A stretch of 32,000 nucleotides of DNA from Acaryochloris marina S15 (lineage in GTDB: Bacteria > Cyanobacteriota > Cyanobacteriia > Thermosynechococcales > Thermosynechococcaceae). The notes beneath the pieces are model-generated. The model worked only from the letters and a program-made list of their open reading frames with translations, was not told the DNA's origin and made no database searches. The stretch's first letter is position 1; every line of letters starts with the position of its first letter. The stretch is from NCBI RefSeq assembly GCF_018336915.1, contig NZ_CP064923.1, forward strand, positions 2,880,001-2,912,000. Reading direction: 5' to 3'. Below, in pieces: positions 1 through 9,400 of this stretch. A program made the translations under genes and the position numbers.

Positions 1-170
1 CGGATCCACCGTTGCCGGATCCACCAGGAGGCATTCAGCCCGTACCGCGCGATCGCAACTCGCCACCCCCAGCAGAATTACCTCCCCAGTTTTAGTTCAC
101 GAATAATTACAACCCAGTCTTTTATGAGGGGCTCCTCTAAACTGTTAGCAACAAGAAAGGTAATACCATC

Positions 171-737
171 ATGTTGCCCAACTGGCAGAAACTGTCTCAG
201 ATCAAAGAACTCAGCCAATATTTTGAGGCTGATTTTGCCAGTTTCCAGCAGCAAGTTGAGCATCATATTCTGACGTTAGAGCAGTTCGACTCCAAAGAGC
301 TGGATAAACTGGCCCTATTGCGAGTGCTTGAAGTCACCAATGGTTGCACTCAATGGGGATTGCGCCGACACGACCCGCATTGCTTATCGGTAGAACAGAC
401 CCGTGACTGTATGAGGACTGTAATTGGATTTATTCTGGCTAAGCAGATTGATCTACCCAGTGGAGACTCTATTCGCTTCTCTCCGCCGATTGAACAGCTT
501 ATGAATGAGGTCCGCGAACTCTATCATGCTGCCTTCAAAAAGCATGTTGAGGGCGCGGAACGAGAATACTATGCTTCTTCTGCAGCACAGTTCTTGGTCT
601 ATGGCCGCCCGCGGCTAGAATCTGCAATACAGGTCGTAGCACAAGAGTTTGAGCCTCTCTTTACTCCCTATTATCTTGAACAGGGCCAAAACTATATCGC
701 ACCCTATCTAGAGGCAATCCTGTCTGAAGAATCATAA
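171..737 (+). CDS. hypothetical protein (188 aa), no recognisable domain
   Basis: Intact ATG-to-stop ORF from the track. I cannot assign a motif. The overlapping antisense ORF 78..266 is judged spurious. Confidence 0.55.
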   Translation: MLPNWQKLSQIKELSQYFEADFASFQQQVEHHILTLEQFDSKELDKLALLRVLEVTNGCTQWGLRRHDPHCLSVEQTRDCMRTVIGFILAKQIDLPSGDSIRFSPPIEQLMNEVRELYHAAFKKHVEGAEREYYASSAAQFLVYGRPRLESAIQVVAQEFEPLFTPYYLEQGQNYIAPYLEAILSEES

Positions 738-971
738 TGTTGTGCTTTGCATTAGTAGCAGTGCATAAACAAAAGCCATTTAGTAAATGGAGACCATTGC
801 CAAACTTTCTCCTGCTGGGGTTCCTTTTTGGCAACAAGAAAAAATTTTCCACTATAGCGGGCAAGGTCTTTTTCATCCTTAGAGTCAGAATTGGTCAAAT
901 CTACAAAACCTTATTTCTAAATGGGCATCCTTGTTCCATAACTAGAACAAGTCCACCATTAGAGATTAGAG

Positions 972-1922
972 ATGAACCATAAACAATCTTTCTTGAAGAT
1001 ATTGACGGGGATTGGATTATTATCTCTAACCAGTTGTAACAGCGTTTCTGGTAAAGGATCTGAACATGCATTCAATCAAGCAATTTGGCCCCAGCATTGT
1101 CAGAAACTCAGAAAAGAACTATCTCAACAACCTGGGGTCAAGATTACCTATCAACCCCTGCCGAAAGATATGGCCAGTCAGCCCAGCTGGAAGTTGAATT
1201 GGTATGGACGACAAATTCCTATCCCTGCTATCCAATACACTGATGTGTTGGTTATTCGAGATAAGGATGACAGTTCTGTGTTGCTCAAAGGCCAAATAGC
1301 CGACCAAACAGCTTCAGTTGTATTGAGCAGATCCCCAAAGATTGAGCCAATGGTAGATATTTTTGCTGAGATCGCAGACTCTGGTACCGCACAAAACTCA
1401 TCAGAAGGGATTGCTCTGACTCAAAAACTGTTCGGTGGCCCAGTCAGTGTCGAGCAACTATCGGACCTAGGATATCGCCACACCTTGGCTGACATAACCT
1501 GTGATAAGGCGAATTGGCAAGAGGAAGTTCCGATTGCTCTAGCATTCATCATCAAAGACATCGCAGCACCGATAGGTCCTAGTACATCGGCCTATAACCT
1601 CAATCCCGGCGTTTTACTCGCCAGCCAAAGTGAGTCCAAGGATAAGTGGTGGTCTAAATGGCATGATGAGCAATACGATGTCGAGGTGATATTGACTTTG
1701 CCAAAAGACCATCAGCAGGGCGATTTGGGGTTTGCTTTAGGGCAAGCCGATGGACCAGTTGCACCCAATGTACCTGTTTGGTTGGGGCAGTTAGAAACTG
1801 CGATCGCAAACCAAACACAACAAAATTGGCAGGCATTACGCATGGCCTTTAAGCAAGCCAAAATGTCAGATAAAAGTATTCAAAAAATTGAAGAGTTACT
1901 GGAGGCTTCCCAAGAAAGGTAA
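972..1922 (+). CDS. putative lipoprotein (316 aa), function unknown
   Basis: The N-terminus MNHKQSFLKILTGIGLLSLTSCNS has a basic n-region, a hydrophobic core and a lipobox-like LTSC. The rest has no motif I recognise. Confidence 0.7.
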   Translation: MNHKQSFLKILTGIGLLSLTSCNSVSGKGSEHAFNQAIWPQHCQKLRKELSQQPGVKITYQPLPKDMASQPSWKLNWYGRQIPIPAIQYTDVLVIRDKDDSSVLLKGQIADQTASVVLSRSPKIEPMVDIFAEIADSGTAQNSSEGIALTQKLFGGPVSVEQLSDLGYRHTLADITCDKANWQEEVPIALAFIIKDIAAPIGPSTSAYNLNPGVLLASQSESKDKWWSKWHDEQYDVEVILTLPKDHQQGDLGFALGQADGPVAPNVPVWLGQLETAIANQTQQNWQALRMAFKQAKMSDKSIQKIEELLEASQER

Positions 1923-2579
1923 TATCAGACCCTGGGAATGGCCCTGTTCTAGCTTGTCTCACAACCGGTATAGAGTTGAAGGCAAAGCTTGAACATAGCC
2001 TAGGTAGTTGCCTAGCTGTTCAAGAGCGTTTGGGATCCACGGCAATATTTACTTTGACCTAACTCATTGAGGTTGGTGGAGTTTAGTTTTAGTGCTTATA
2101 TTTAGCCTGAAACAAATATTCATTAGATTTTTATTGTCTTGATAGAAAAACTAGTGCAAAAGAGAAATAACTATTATTTAGAGCCTACAGTTACTTCCTA
2201 TAAGATATAGGTAGTCGATTGCCAACATATTAATACACCAATGGGATATGAGGTATTTATCTTTAGATCTGAAGACTGAAGGATTAGGCTCGATCTATTA
2301 ATGGCAACAATGGCAAGTGTTGATTTGATTCTCGATTATATTGTAGATAGCTAAAAAAAATGGGCATATTAGAGGTACCTACCTACTCCAGAGAATATTG
2401 ATTGATCCGACTAAGATTTATTGCCCCTTGTTCGGAGACTATCAGGATAGCAATGTTGTACTACTGACTTTCAAGATATTATGAGTTTTTCTTAAAGTAA
2501 ATATTTGAAAAATTCTTGCATTGCATCAACTGAGTGTGAACACAATTTGTTAACGGATTAATCGACATTCATATATAGC

Positions 2580-3302
2580 ATGGATGAATACCTAGAATTA
2601 GTTCTTCAACTATTACAGAACATCAAAGAGAGAACAGACATAACTTATCTTATCTCGACGAAAGATAAGCATACTGCGATGGTTTCAGTGAAAGAAGGGG
2701 AAATCTCATATCTTCGCTATGGCTCACTGTCTGGGCCTAACGCATTGAATGCTGTTCTTGGCATGGAAGTTGAGAGTTTTGCCGTGCGAAAGCATTCCCT
2801 AGAACATTCCAAAACTAAGCGAGTTTTACCAGATACAAGTGAAATCTTACAAAAGTTATGTGTAAAACTGCCGAAGACTCTACAAGAATATCAGGCTAAT
2901 CTAGACCCTATTAGGCTGAATTCAGCAGTATCCATGGCACCCAGTAGACCTGAAAATACTGATTCTTTGGTTAGCTATCCTGAAGCATCTTCTCCCGTAC
3001 AGGATTTATCTCCTGTATCTGCTACACAGTCTGGCTTAGTTACTCCAGTTGAGCCAAAATCTACTGAAATTCCAGATTTTACAATTCCCACAATCAAGTC
3101 TGCATTACAACAAGCTGTGGGTCCTATTTCTGAACTGATTTACGATGATGCTTTTGCTGAAATCAGTTTATTGAAAGATCGTGGAGACTTAGCATTATTC
3201 ATTGACATCTTAATTGGTGAACTTGATGAAGATGAGTATCAGAAGCAGTTCATAAGCGTCATTAAGGAGCAGCTGGTCGGCGTCATCCTCATCCAGGATT
3301 AA
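2580..3302 (+). CDS. hypothetical protein with DUF4388/PATAN-like N-terminal region (tentative)
   Basis: The N-terminal pattern ...TAMVSVKEGEISYLRYGSLSGPNALNAVLGMEVESFAV resembles the G-x-I-x-F-x-x-G...G-x-x-A-L...F signature of DUF4388. The middle is P/S-rich low complexity and the C-terminus is acidic. The family call is from memory only. Confidence 0.55.
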   Translation: MDEYLELVLQLLQNIKERTDITYLISTKDKHTAMVSVKEGEISYLRYGSLSGPNALNAVLGMEVESFAVRKHSLEHSKTKRVLPDTSEILQKLCVKLPKTLQEYQANLDPIRLNSAVSMAPSRPENTDSLVSYPEASSPVQDLSPVSATQSGLVTPVEPKSTEIPDFTIPTIKSALQQAVGPISELIYDDAFAEISLLKDRGDLALFIDILIGELDEDEYQKQFISVIKEQLVGVILIQD

Positions 3303-3432
3303 GAATTGTTTGTTTCTTCTAAAATATCCGTATTTCATCCTACGGCTTTGGAGATACTGATTCACAATCTTGAGGAAGATAATCCTAGATAGTTGTTGCA
3401 AGCGATAGCTCTTCCAAACAAGCTTGAAACAT

Positions 3433-3468
3433 AAACTTAGTAGCTACCAATCTGTAGTTACTAAGTTT
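3433..3468 (+). terminator. AT-rich hairpin downstream of 2580..3302 (weak terminator candidate)
   Basis: The arm aaacttagtagctac (3433-3447) pairs with gtagttactaagttt (3454-3468) across the loop caatct. This gives a 15-bp stem including one G-T pair. It is followed only by gtatagttt, so there is no clean T-run. Confidence 0.25.
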
Positions 3469-3950
3469 GTATAGTTTGGGTACAGGACTGCTAAGAGGAT
3501 CTATCTGTTCAAAACCTTTTCCCTACATGGCTTTTAGTCAAGATAGATGTAAAAGCCTAAAGTCTTTATCAAATAAGGGTTAAGAGGCTTCAGGTCTTAC
3601 TAAGAAACCAGTACTATGGTTTGAGTATTTAGTATTCTCCCTATATTCTCTAGGGTAAAATAAACTTAAAGTTTAATTTGTAAACATAGAAAATCTAGAT
3701 TCTATCTCAATAACCTAAAAGACTAAATATTAATCTTTTTAGTCGTTATTTGCGTGTCGTTTTATTAATTGATTTCTGTAGAATATTTATACTAAATTTC
3801 AATTCATTTATTTTACTAAATCTTGTAGAAAAAGATTACTTCGATGTATGATATTTTCCTTGGTTAGGGCACTATACATTCAGTGCATTGCTTAGATGTG
3901 CTAAGCATTCTTTGTTTATTCAATACTTTGACATTTAGGAGCAAAGCAAG

Positions 3951-4856
3951 GTGGTCAATACAGTTGAAGAGGTTGCATCAAAGAAGAGCCTACTCTGGAG
4001 ATTTAGGCAAATATTGGTCAGTCTATATCTTCTAACTCTTTTCATTATGCTTCCTGTTATTGGCGTTTGGACAAATACAGAAGTCCATGCTGCTGCGAAT
4101 AAAGAGCTTGGCTTAATGGTTGATATGGTTAAGTCTCTTAGAACTTTTATTGCAGAGGATGTTCGTCCACCTTTACTAGAAAAGCAGATTTTTCATCCTC
4201 CAGCTGTATCTTCAACAGTTGCGACTAAAAAGGTATCAGGTCATTTCTTAAAAGTGCAGCCTGACTACTATATTAAAGTAGCTTCAGATAATCCCTTAAA
4301 CCCAGATAACTTACCACAGCCTCTAGAAGATGAACTTTTAGAAACCTTTCGTAAGGATCGAGATTTAAAAGACTTAATTCGGGAAGGTCAAATTGAAGGA
4401 AAAAACTATCTTGTTTCATCTAGACCTTCTGTGAGTAAAGATTCTTGCTTAAAATGCCATGGCACAGCTTCGACCGCCCCAAAAGAAATCACAGATTTAT
4501 ATAAAGCGGGTACCGGCTTTGGTTATACCTCGGGGCAAGTCGTTGGTGCTAGCGTTGTGGGAGTACCGCTACAAGACGTTAAGTCTCTAGTTTTTCAACG
4601 TAGCTTGATTGCCTTTGTTGTCTTAACGGCAATGTTCTCAGGCATTTTTATCTTGATGGATCAGTTGATTCAACGCTTTATTATCAAGCCTGTGACTCAT
4701 ATCTCTCGTCTGGCTCGAGAAGTGAGCGGTGGCGTCCTAGAACAAGAAATTAGATCTAATCGAACGGATGAGATTGGAGAGTTGGCCAAGGCAGTTGAAC
4801 TAATGCGCCGGAGTCTAGTTTCTGCAACCAATCGATTAAGAAAGAAAAAAGACTAA
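3951..4856 (+). CDS. Tll0287-like (DUF3365) c-type heme sensor domain + TM + HAMP protein, no output domain
   Basis: GTG start with AGGAG at 3937-3941. There is an N-terminal TM helix. The extracytoplasmic region has the NPLNPDN...CLKCHG (CxxCH heme-c site)...GFGYTSGQVVGASVVGVP pattern typical of PF11845. A second TM follows, then a HAMP-like IIKPVTHISRLAREVSGGVLEQEI...DEIGELAKAVELMRRSL. The protein stops about 15 aa later. Confidence 0.8.
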   Translation: MVNTVEEVASKKSLLWRFRQILVSLYLLTLFIMLPVIGVWTNTEVHAAANKELGLMVDMVKSLRTFIAEDVRPPLLEKQIFHPPAVSSTVATKKVSGHFLKVQPDYYIKVASDNPLNPDNLPQPLEDELLETFRKDRDLKDLIREGQIEGKNYLVSSRPSVSKDSCLKCHGTASTAPKEITDLYKAGTGFGYTSGQVVGASVVGVPLQDVKSLVFQRSLIAFVVLTAMFSGIFILMDQLIQRFIIKPVTHISRLAREVSGGVLEQEIRSNRTDEIGELAKAVELMRRSLVSATNRLRKKKD

Positions 4857-4989
4857 TTGATTATCCTCGACGGTTACTTCACTAGCAATATTGGCTGAAT
4901 TCTTGGTCAACATTGAGCTTCAGCTAACTTTGTAGGAAACGATAGCTCAGCAAATCTCAAAAAATACGGCTTCCGCAATGGAATAGATG

Positions 4990-5020
4990 GGCACCTCTAA
5001 CTTGTAGAGGTGCCTTTTCT
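4990..5020 (+). terminator. Rho-independent terminator of the heme-sensor/HAMP gene
   Basis: Perfect 10-bp stem ggcacctcta (4990-4999) / tagaggtgcc (5005-5014) with loop acttg, followed directly by ttttct. Confidence 0.75.
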
Positions 5021-5193
5021 CAATTAGATGCGCATACTTTCTGGCTGTAGTAAAGCATAAAGCCCACTTTAAACCGTATACACAAAATAATTTACAGTCC
5101 TATTAACACGGTAGTATCCTTGAATGGCCTAACCTGGAAGCTTCGTAGCTCATTCACCTTGGTGGGGCAACTCGTCATCCATCTGGACTAAGG

Positions 5194-6087
5194 ATGAAAA
5201 TTAATTGCCCAACCTGTAAAAGCCTTTTGTACATACCAGACGATAAACAGTCGTTACGCAAATGCTCAGTGCTATGTTCTCATTGCCATTCAACCTATCT
5301 TGTCTCTGCAGGGACCGTGGTTGCATCTTGGCTAGGGTATAGCAATCATCATCGGGTTATCTATAACGCTCGAATTCATCTACAGACTGGTTCTATCAAA
5401 ACGGTTGAACTGGCAAAGCTAGTCGGGATTGGTGCACCGATTGTTTTACTGACTCCCCTAAAAGGAGTAGGTAGACTCAATCCTATTTTATTGATTGAAA
5501 TGAATACTGAAAGCACTCTGCTTCTGGTTCATCCTCGCCAGAAAATCCGCAAGTTTCAGTTACAAGGAGCAATCGGGACTGGGATATTAATCTTCTCACT
5601 GGGTATAGTGTTGCAAGGAACGATTAGTGCGATTGTTGGTGCTGCAATTGTAAGCAGTCTTGTCGTAGCAATAACGGTCAAAAAGATCTATCGAGGAGAA
5701 GAAAAAAATCTTAAGCTTCGTGATCGATTACTCTTAGTGCAGCAGCTGCTTAGACGGAGTGATGATTGGGGTCAACGTTTTTGTCAGTTACATACAGAGT
5801 TCTCAAGTCTATATCGTGTCACTCAGCAGTTACAGCCCTATGGTGAGAATCAGGTGTTTGAGATAAATTCACTGTCAAAGTATCCAAGAGAACGCCACTA
5901 CTTTGAGAACAGATATCACAGCTTGAGTGAGCTTGTCGAGTGCTATTTACTTGCCAAAAGTCTTGTTGACACTAGTGTTCCAGAAATTCAATCCACTGCA
6001 GAAGTACCTCTTGATCTGAATGAGAAACTCTTAGAGTTCTCTCAAAGAATTGAGTATTTAGAACAAAAATACAGAGTCAATAGTTAA
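5194..6087 (+). CDS. zinc-ribbon (MJ0042-like CPxC...CxxC) membrane protein with C-terminal helical region
   Basis: The N-terminus is MKINCPTCKSLLYIPDD...CSHCHSTYLV. A hydrophobic stretch GAIGTGILIFSLGIVLQGTISAIVGAAIVSSLVVAITV follows. AAGGA lies 5 nt upstream of the ATG. Confidence 0.65.
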   Translation: MKINCPTCKSLLYIPDDKQSLRKCSVLCSHCHSTYLVSAGTVVASWLGYSNHHRVIYNARIHLQTGSIKTVELAKLVGIGAPIVLLTPLKGVGRLNPILLIEMNTESTLLLVHPRQKIRKFQLQGAIGTGILIFSLGIVLQGTISAIVGAAIVSSLVVAITVKKIYRGEEKNLKLRDRLLLVQQLLRRSDDWGQRFCQLHTEFSSLYRVTQQLQPYGENQVFEINSLSKYPRERHYFENRYHSLSELVECYLLAKSLVDTSVPEIQSTAEVPLDLNEKLLEFSQRIEYLEQKYRVNS

Positions 6088-6439
6088 TCGTTAATTGGCG
6101 AACACCCGTTTTATAGGTGTTGCTGACTGACGAGATGATGCCTAACATTTCAGATGAAACGGACGATTGACAGTTGTTGATAATGAGTTCAAGGGTATCT
6201 ACTCGTATCTACCTATGCTGCTATGCCTTACCCATAAGTCTTGAAAGTTAGACTGCCGATTGCTTTCAATCATGACCCACCCTAAAAATGGGCGAACCGG
6301 ATGTGATCAGTAATGAATGGCTTGATAAGTGGCTTGATTTAGTTCTGCTTGAAGAAAAAGCTGCTTGAGAATTAGCTTTCTAATACGTGATATTTACGCT
6401 TACAATCCTAATATCCCCCGGAATCCGTTAGAACGAGGA

Positions 6440-9400
6440 TTAGACGTAAGTAAATATGCTTTCAGATAAGTTGAGTTTGTTGGCATAAGCAACAATCGCC
6501 ACTAACTCATTTGTACCTGCAGTTTCCAGGTAAATTGCAGTGCCCGACTGCATACCAGATGGTGCAGAACCCAAATGATAATTAAATGCCTGACCATGCA
6601 ACTGAATTTTGTCGCCCCGAGACGCATCAAAACCTTTTATGACAGCATAGTCATTCGTTCCCGACGTACCATCGTTTCCATCGTTATAGAACACTTGACG
6701 GTCATCACCCAGAACAAAAACATTTCTACCATCCCAGTCTTTGAGCTCATCTATCTCGCCTCGGCCAGCTCGTGAGCTACTGGTATCAACACCTAGGAGT
6801 CGGTCATTTGAGTTCCCACCATATAGGGTATCGTTACCACGACCGCCTATAAGTGTATCCGCGCCATTCGCCCCATAGAGAGTGTCATTACCATCATTAC
6901 CTTTGAGGACATCATTTCCCGCATTGCCATCCAAGGAGTCGCTTCCACTACCGCCATCAAGGGTATCGCTTCCATCACCACCCCAAAGGGTGTCGTTATC
7001 CTGATCACCTACGAGATAATCGTTGCCGATACCGCCCCCCAATTTATCGTTACCAAAACCACCTCTCAATATGTCATTTCCCCCATCACCATAAACTTTG
7101 TCTCGACCAGAAGCTCCATACAAGGAGTCATTTCCCTCTTGACCAGCAAGGGTATCATCTCCTTGTCCTCCATCTAAGGTGTCATCTCCTAAGCCACCGT
7201 TGAGTAAATCTAGGCCATTACTCCCAAACAGTTGATCATCTCCTTGGTCTCCATTCAACGTGTCATTACCATCACCGCCATTCAGTTTGTCTTGATCATC
7301 GCCCCCATAGAGTTTGTCATCACCACGCCAGCCAGCTAATGTATCGTTATTTTTACTACCAGATAACGTGTCATTACCTTCACCACCACCGAGAAAGTCA
7401 TTCCCTATATCTCCATATAGAGAGTCATTCCCATCATCACCACGAAGTTCATCATTACCTGCTCCGCCACTAAGACTATCATCACCATCTCCGCCAGAAA
7501 GGCGATCTTGACCCTCATCTCCCACCAGTCTATCTTTACCCGATCCACCAGAAAGATAGTCGTTGTTTAGGCCACCGTAAAGGCTGTCATCGCCAGTGGA
7601 ACCGTATAGCAAATCATTCCCGTCACTACCATAGAGTTTGTCATTATTCCTATCACCACGAAGTTCATCATTCCCAACACCACCATTTAAGGTGTCGTTG
7701 CCGTTACCTCCGTATAGCTTGTCAACCCCATCGGCACCATAGAGGTTATCGTTACCATCCCAACCGACAAGAGAGTCATTACCATTGCCACCATTCAAAC
7801 GGTCATTCCCTGAACCACCTACGAGGAAATCATTGCCATTTTCACCGTATAGTTCATCATTGCCATCATCTCCTCTTAATTCGTCTTCCCCATGGCTACC
7901 AAATAGCTTGTCGTCACCCCCACTTCCTTTCAGAGTGTCATTGCCATCTTCACCTTCAATGACCTGATTGCGGTCGCTCCCTACTAAGCGGTCATTGGTG
8001 GCAGCACCTTCAATAAAGTATCGATTATCACCATTTGGGATAGAAGATGCAGTGGGTGTTGAAAAACCATCCCCAAACAACTTTACGTTGTCGATACCGA
8101 CAAAATCTCCTACATTGCTTGTTCCCCTAGAATTAACCTGAACAAGCAAATAATCGTAACCATTTTTGAGATCAACATTCCACTGAAACCCTTTCCAGTC
8201 GAAATTTTGCCCTCCTAAAGTCACATCAGTAAGTTTTGCTCGCTGCATCGGTAAAGTTCCAACCTGGTAAGGGTCAGCTTTTTCCCAGATATTGCTTTTA
8301 AACTGGCCATTCACCCCCCAAAGAGAAATCTCAATATCATTATTGAGTTTGCCATCTCCTTCGGTATTTTTAAGTCTCAGACCTAGGGTTTGTTTCCCTT
8401 TTCGAATCTTGCCGTCATACACAACTTGGGCTATCCCTGCACTGTTGTGTGATGTATTGGATAAAATAGCTGCACCACTTCTGATATTGGCGTCATGTCT
8501 AACTCCGCTGGTTGCAAACCAGCCTAGATCTGCGCCTGCACTAGTTGTTTTATAGGGTTCACCAAAGGACGAAGCATCACTAAAATAACCATTAACAAAG
8601 GGATTACGATAGTTCGCAGGCTGTACATTAATTGTTTTAGTTAGAGACTTAGAGGCACCTTGGTTATCCCAAACAGTCAGCGTCACATTTTGCGAACCAG
8701 CTTGGTCAAAGTGGTAACTCACTTGGCGACCAAATTTATCAACTTTGCCATCGTTATTAAAGTCCCAGCCGTAGGCTGCAATAGCATTACTAGGTAAATC
8801 TCTAGATAGAGTTGCTCCTTCTGCTTTCAAGGGATCAGTATCATAGGAACCCCTTGCATCAAAGGAAAATGCTAATCCACCTACCACACTGTGATTAAAT
8901 TTAGCGACGGGTGCAGCATTATTACTCGGGGTATCAAAAGTTGTATTAATGATTTGGAAATAGGCTGGGAAGTCATCGGGAAGCCGACCTAAATTGATCG
9001 GATTGCCTCCAATAGCCGACAGATTGTAGATATTATGCCGAAATTGGCTATTGGTAATAGAAGAACTAATAAAGTCCTTATCCTGATTGAGAGATTCAAG
9101 TTTGAGGCCTTCCTCAAACCCAATAACTTTCAATCGATCGAAATTGAGATTAAAAGAAGCATGATTTGAAAAAATCCCACGTCCATCAGGATCGCTCGGA
9201 TCACCCACAATCAATCCATTTTTAATATCAGTGTATGAACTATATTGAATTTTGACTCCTGTTCCTCGAACGCCCCACACTTGAAAATCATCAATCGTGG
9301 AGACCAAATTATGAGCAGTTCTCAGATCAGGACTATCAAGCTGTAGTTGACCATCAAAGTTAGTTTTATGCGCCCATAAAGAGATACCGTCCCTGGTGTT

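Noticed and set aside
1-95. Possible 3' end of an upstream plus-strand gene (frame 3, ...DPPLPDPPGGIQPVPRDRNSPPPAELPPQF, stop at 93-95), containing the direct repeat cggatccacc at 1-10 and 16-25
   Set aside because: Only 31 codons are visible, and frame 1 is also open across the same bases. I cannot decide between a coding tail and non-coding sequence from this fragment.
78-266. 62-aa minus-strand ORF overlapping the start of 171..737
   Set aside because: It is short, overlaps a longer and more plausible ORF, and has no motif.
661-982. ORFs 737..982 (+) and 661..876 (-) in the gap between the first two genes
   Set aside because: They overlap each other and the flanking genes. Their sequences are basic and hydrophobic with low complexity, and they have no RBS or motif. 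They are most likely chance ORFs in an AT-rich spacer.
1988-2026. Imperfect hairpin cttgaaca...ctagg tagttg cctag...tgttcaag downstream of the lipoprotein gene, as a terminator
   Set aside because: The stem is interrupted by an asymmetric internal loop and there is no T-run after it. That is not enough to call a terminator.
3776-3845. Imperfect direct repeats (tgtagaa..., tactaaat twice) upstream of the heme-sensor gene, as operator sites
   Set aside because: The repeats are short, AT-rich and carry indels. They are indistinguishable from background in this spacer without comparative data.
3885-3915. Short hairpin tgcttag atgtg ctaagca followed by ttctttgtttatt just upstream of the heme-sensor gene, as an attenuator
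   Set aside because: The stem is only 7 bp and AT-rich, in an AT-rich region. It could be chance, and I could not identify a leader peptide or alternative structure.
6794-7954. Regular 27-nt periodic repeat that could superficially suggest a CRISPR-like or tandem DNA repeat array
   Set aside because: The periodicity is coding (nonapeptide RTX units) and sits inside a continuous ORF. There is no repeat-spacer structure and there are no cas genes.
7314-8555. Plus-strand ORFs 7314..7511, 7785..7967 and 8292..8555, with P/S-rich translations, antisense to the RTX gene
   Set aside because: They lie inside the 1573-aa minus-strand ORF. Their low-complexity P/S/L composition is the expected reverse-frame reading of GGxGxD repeats. 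No independent support.
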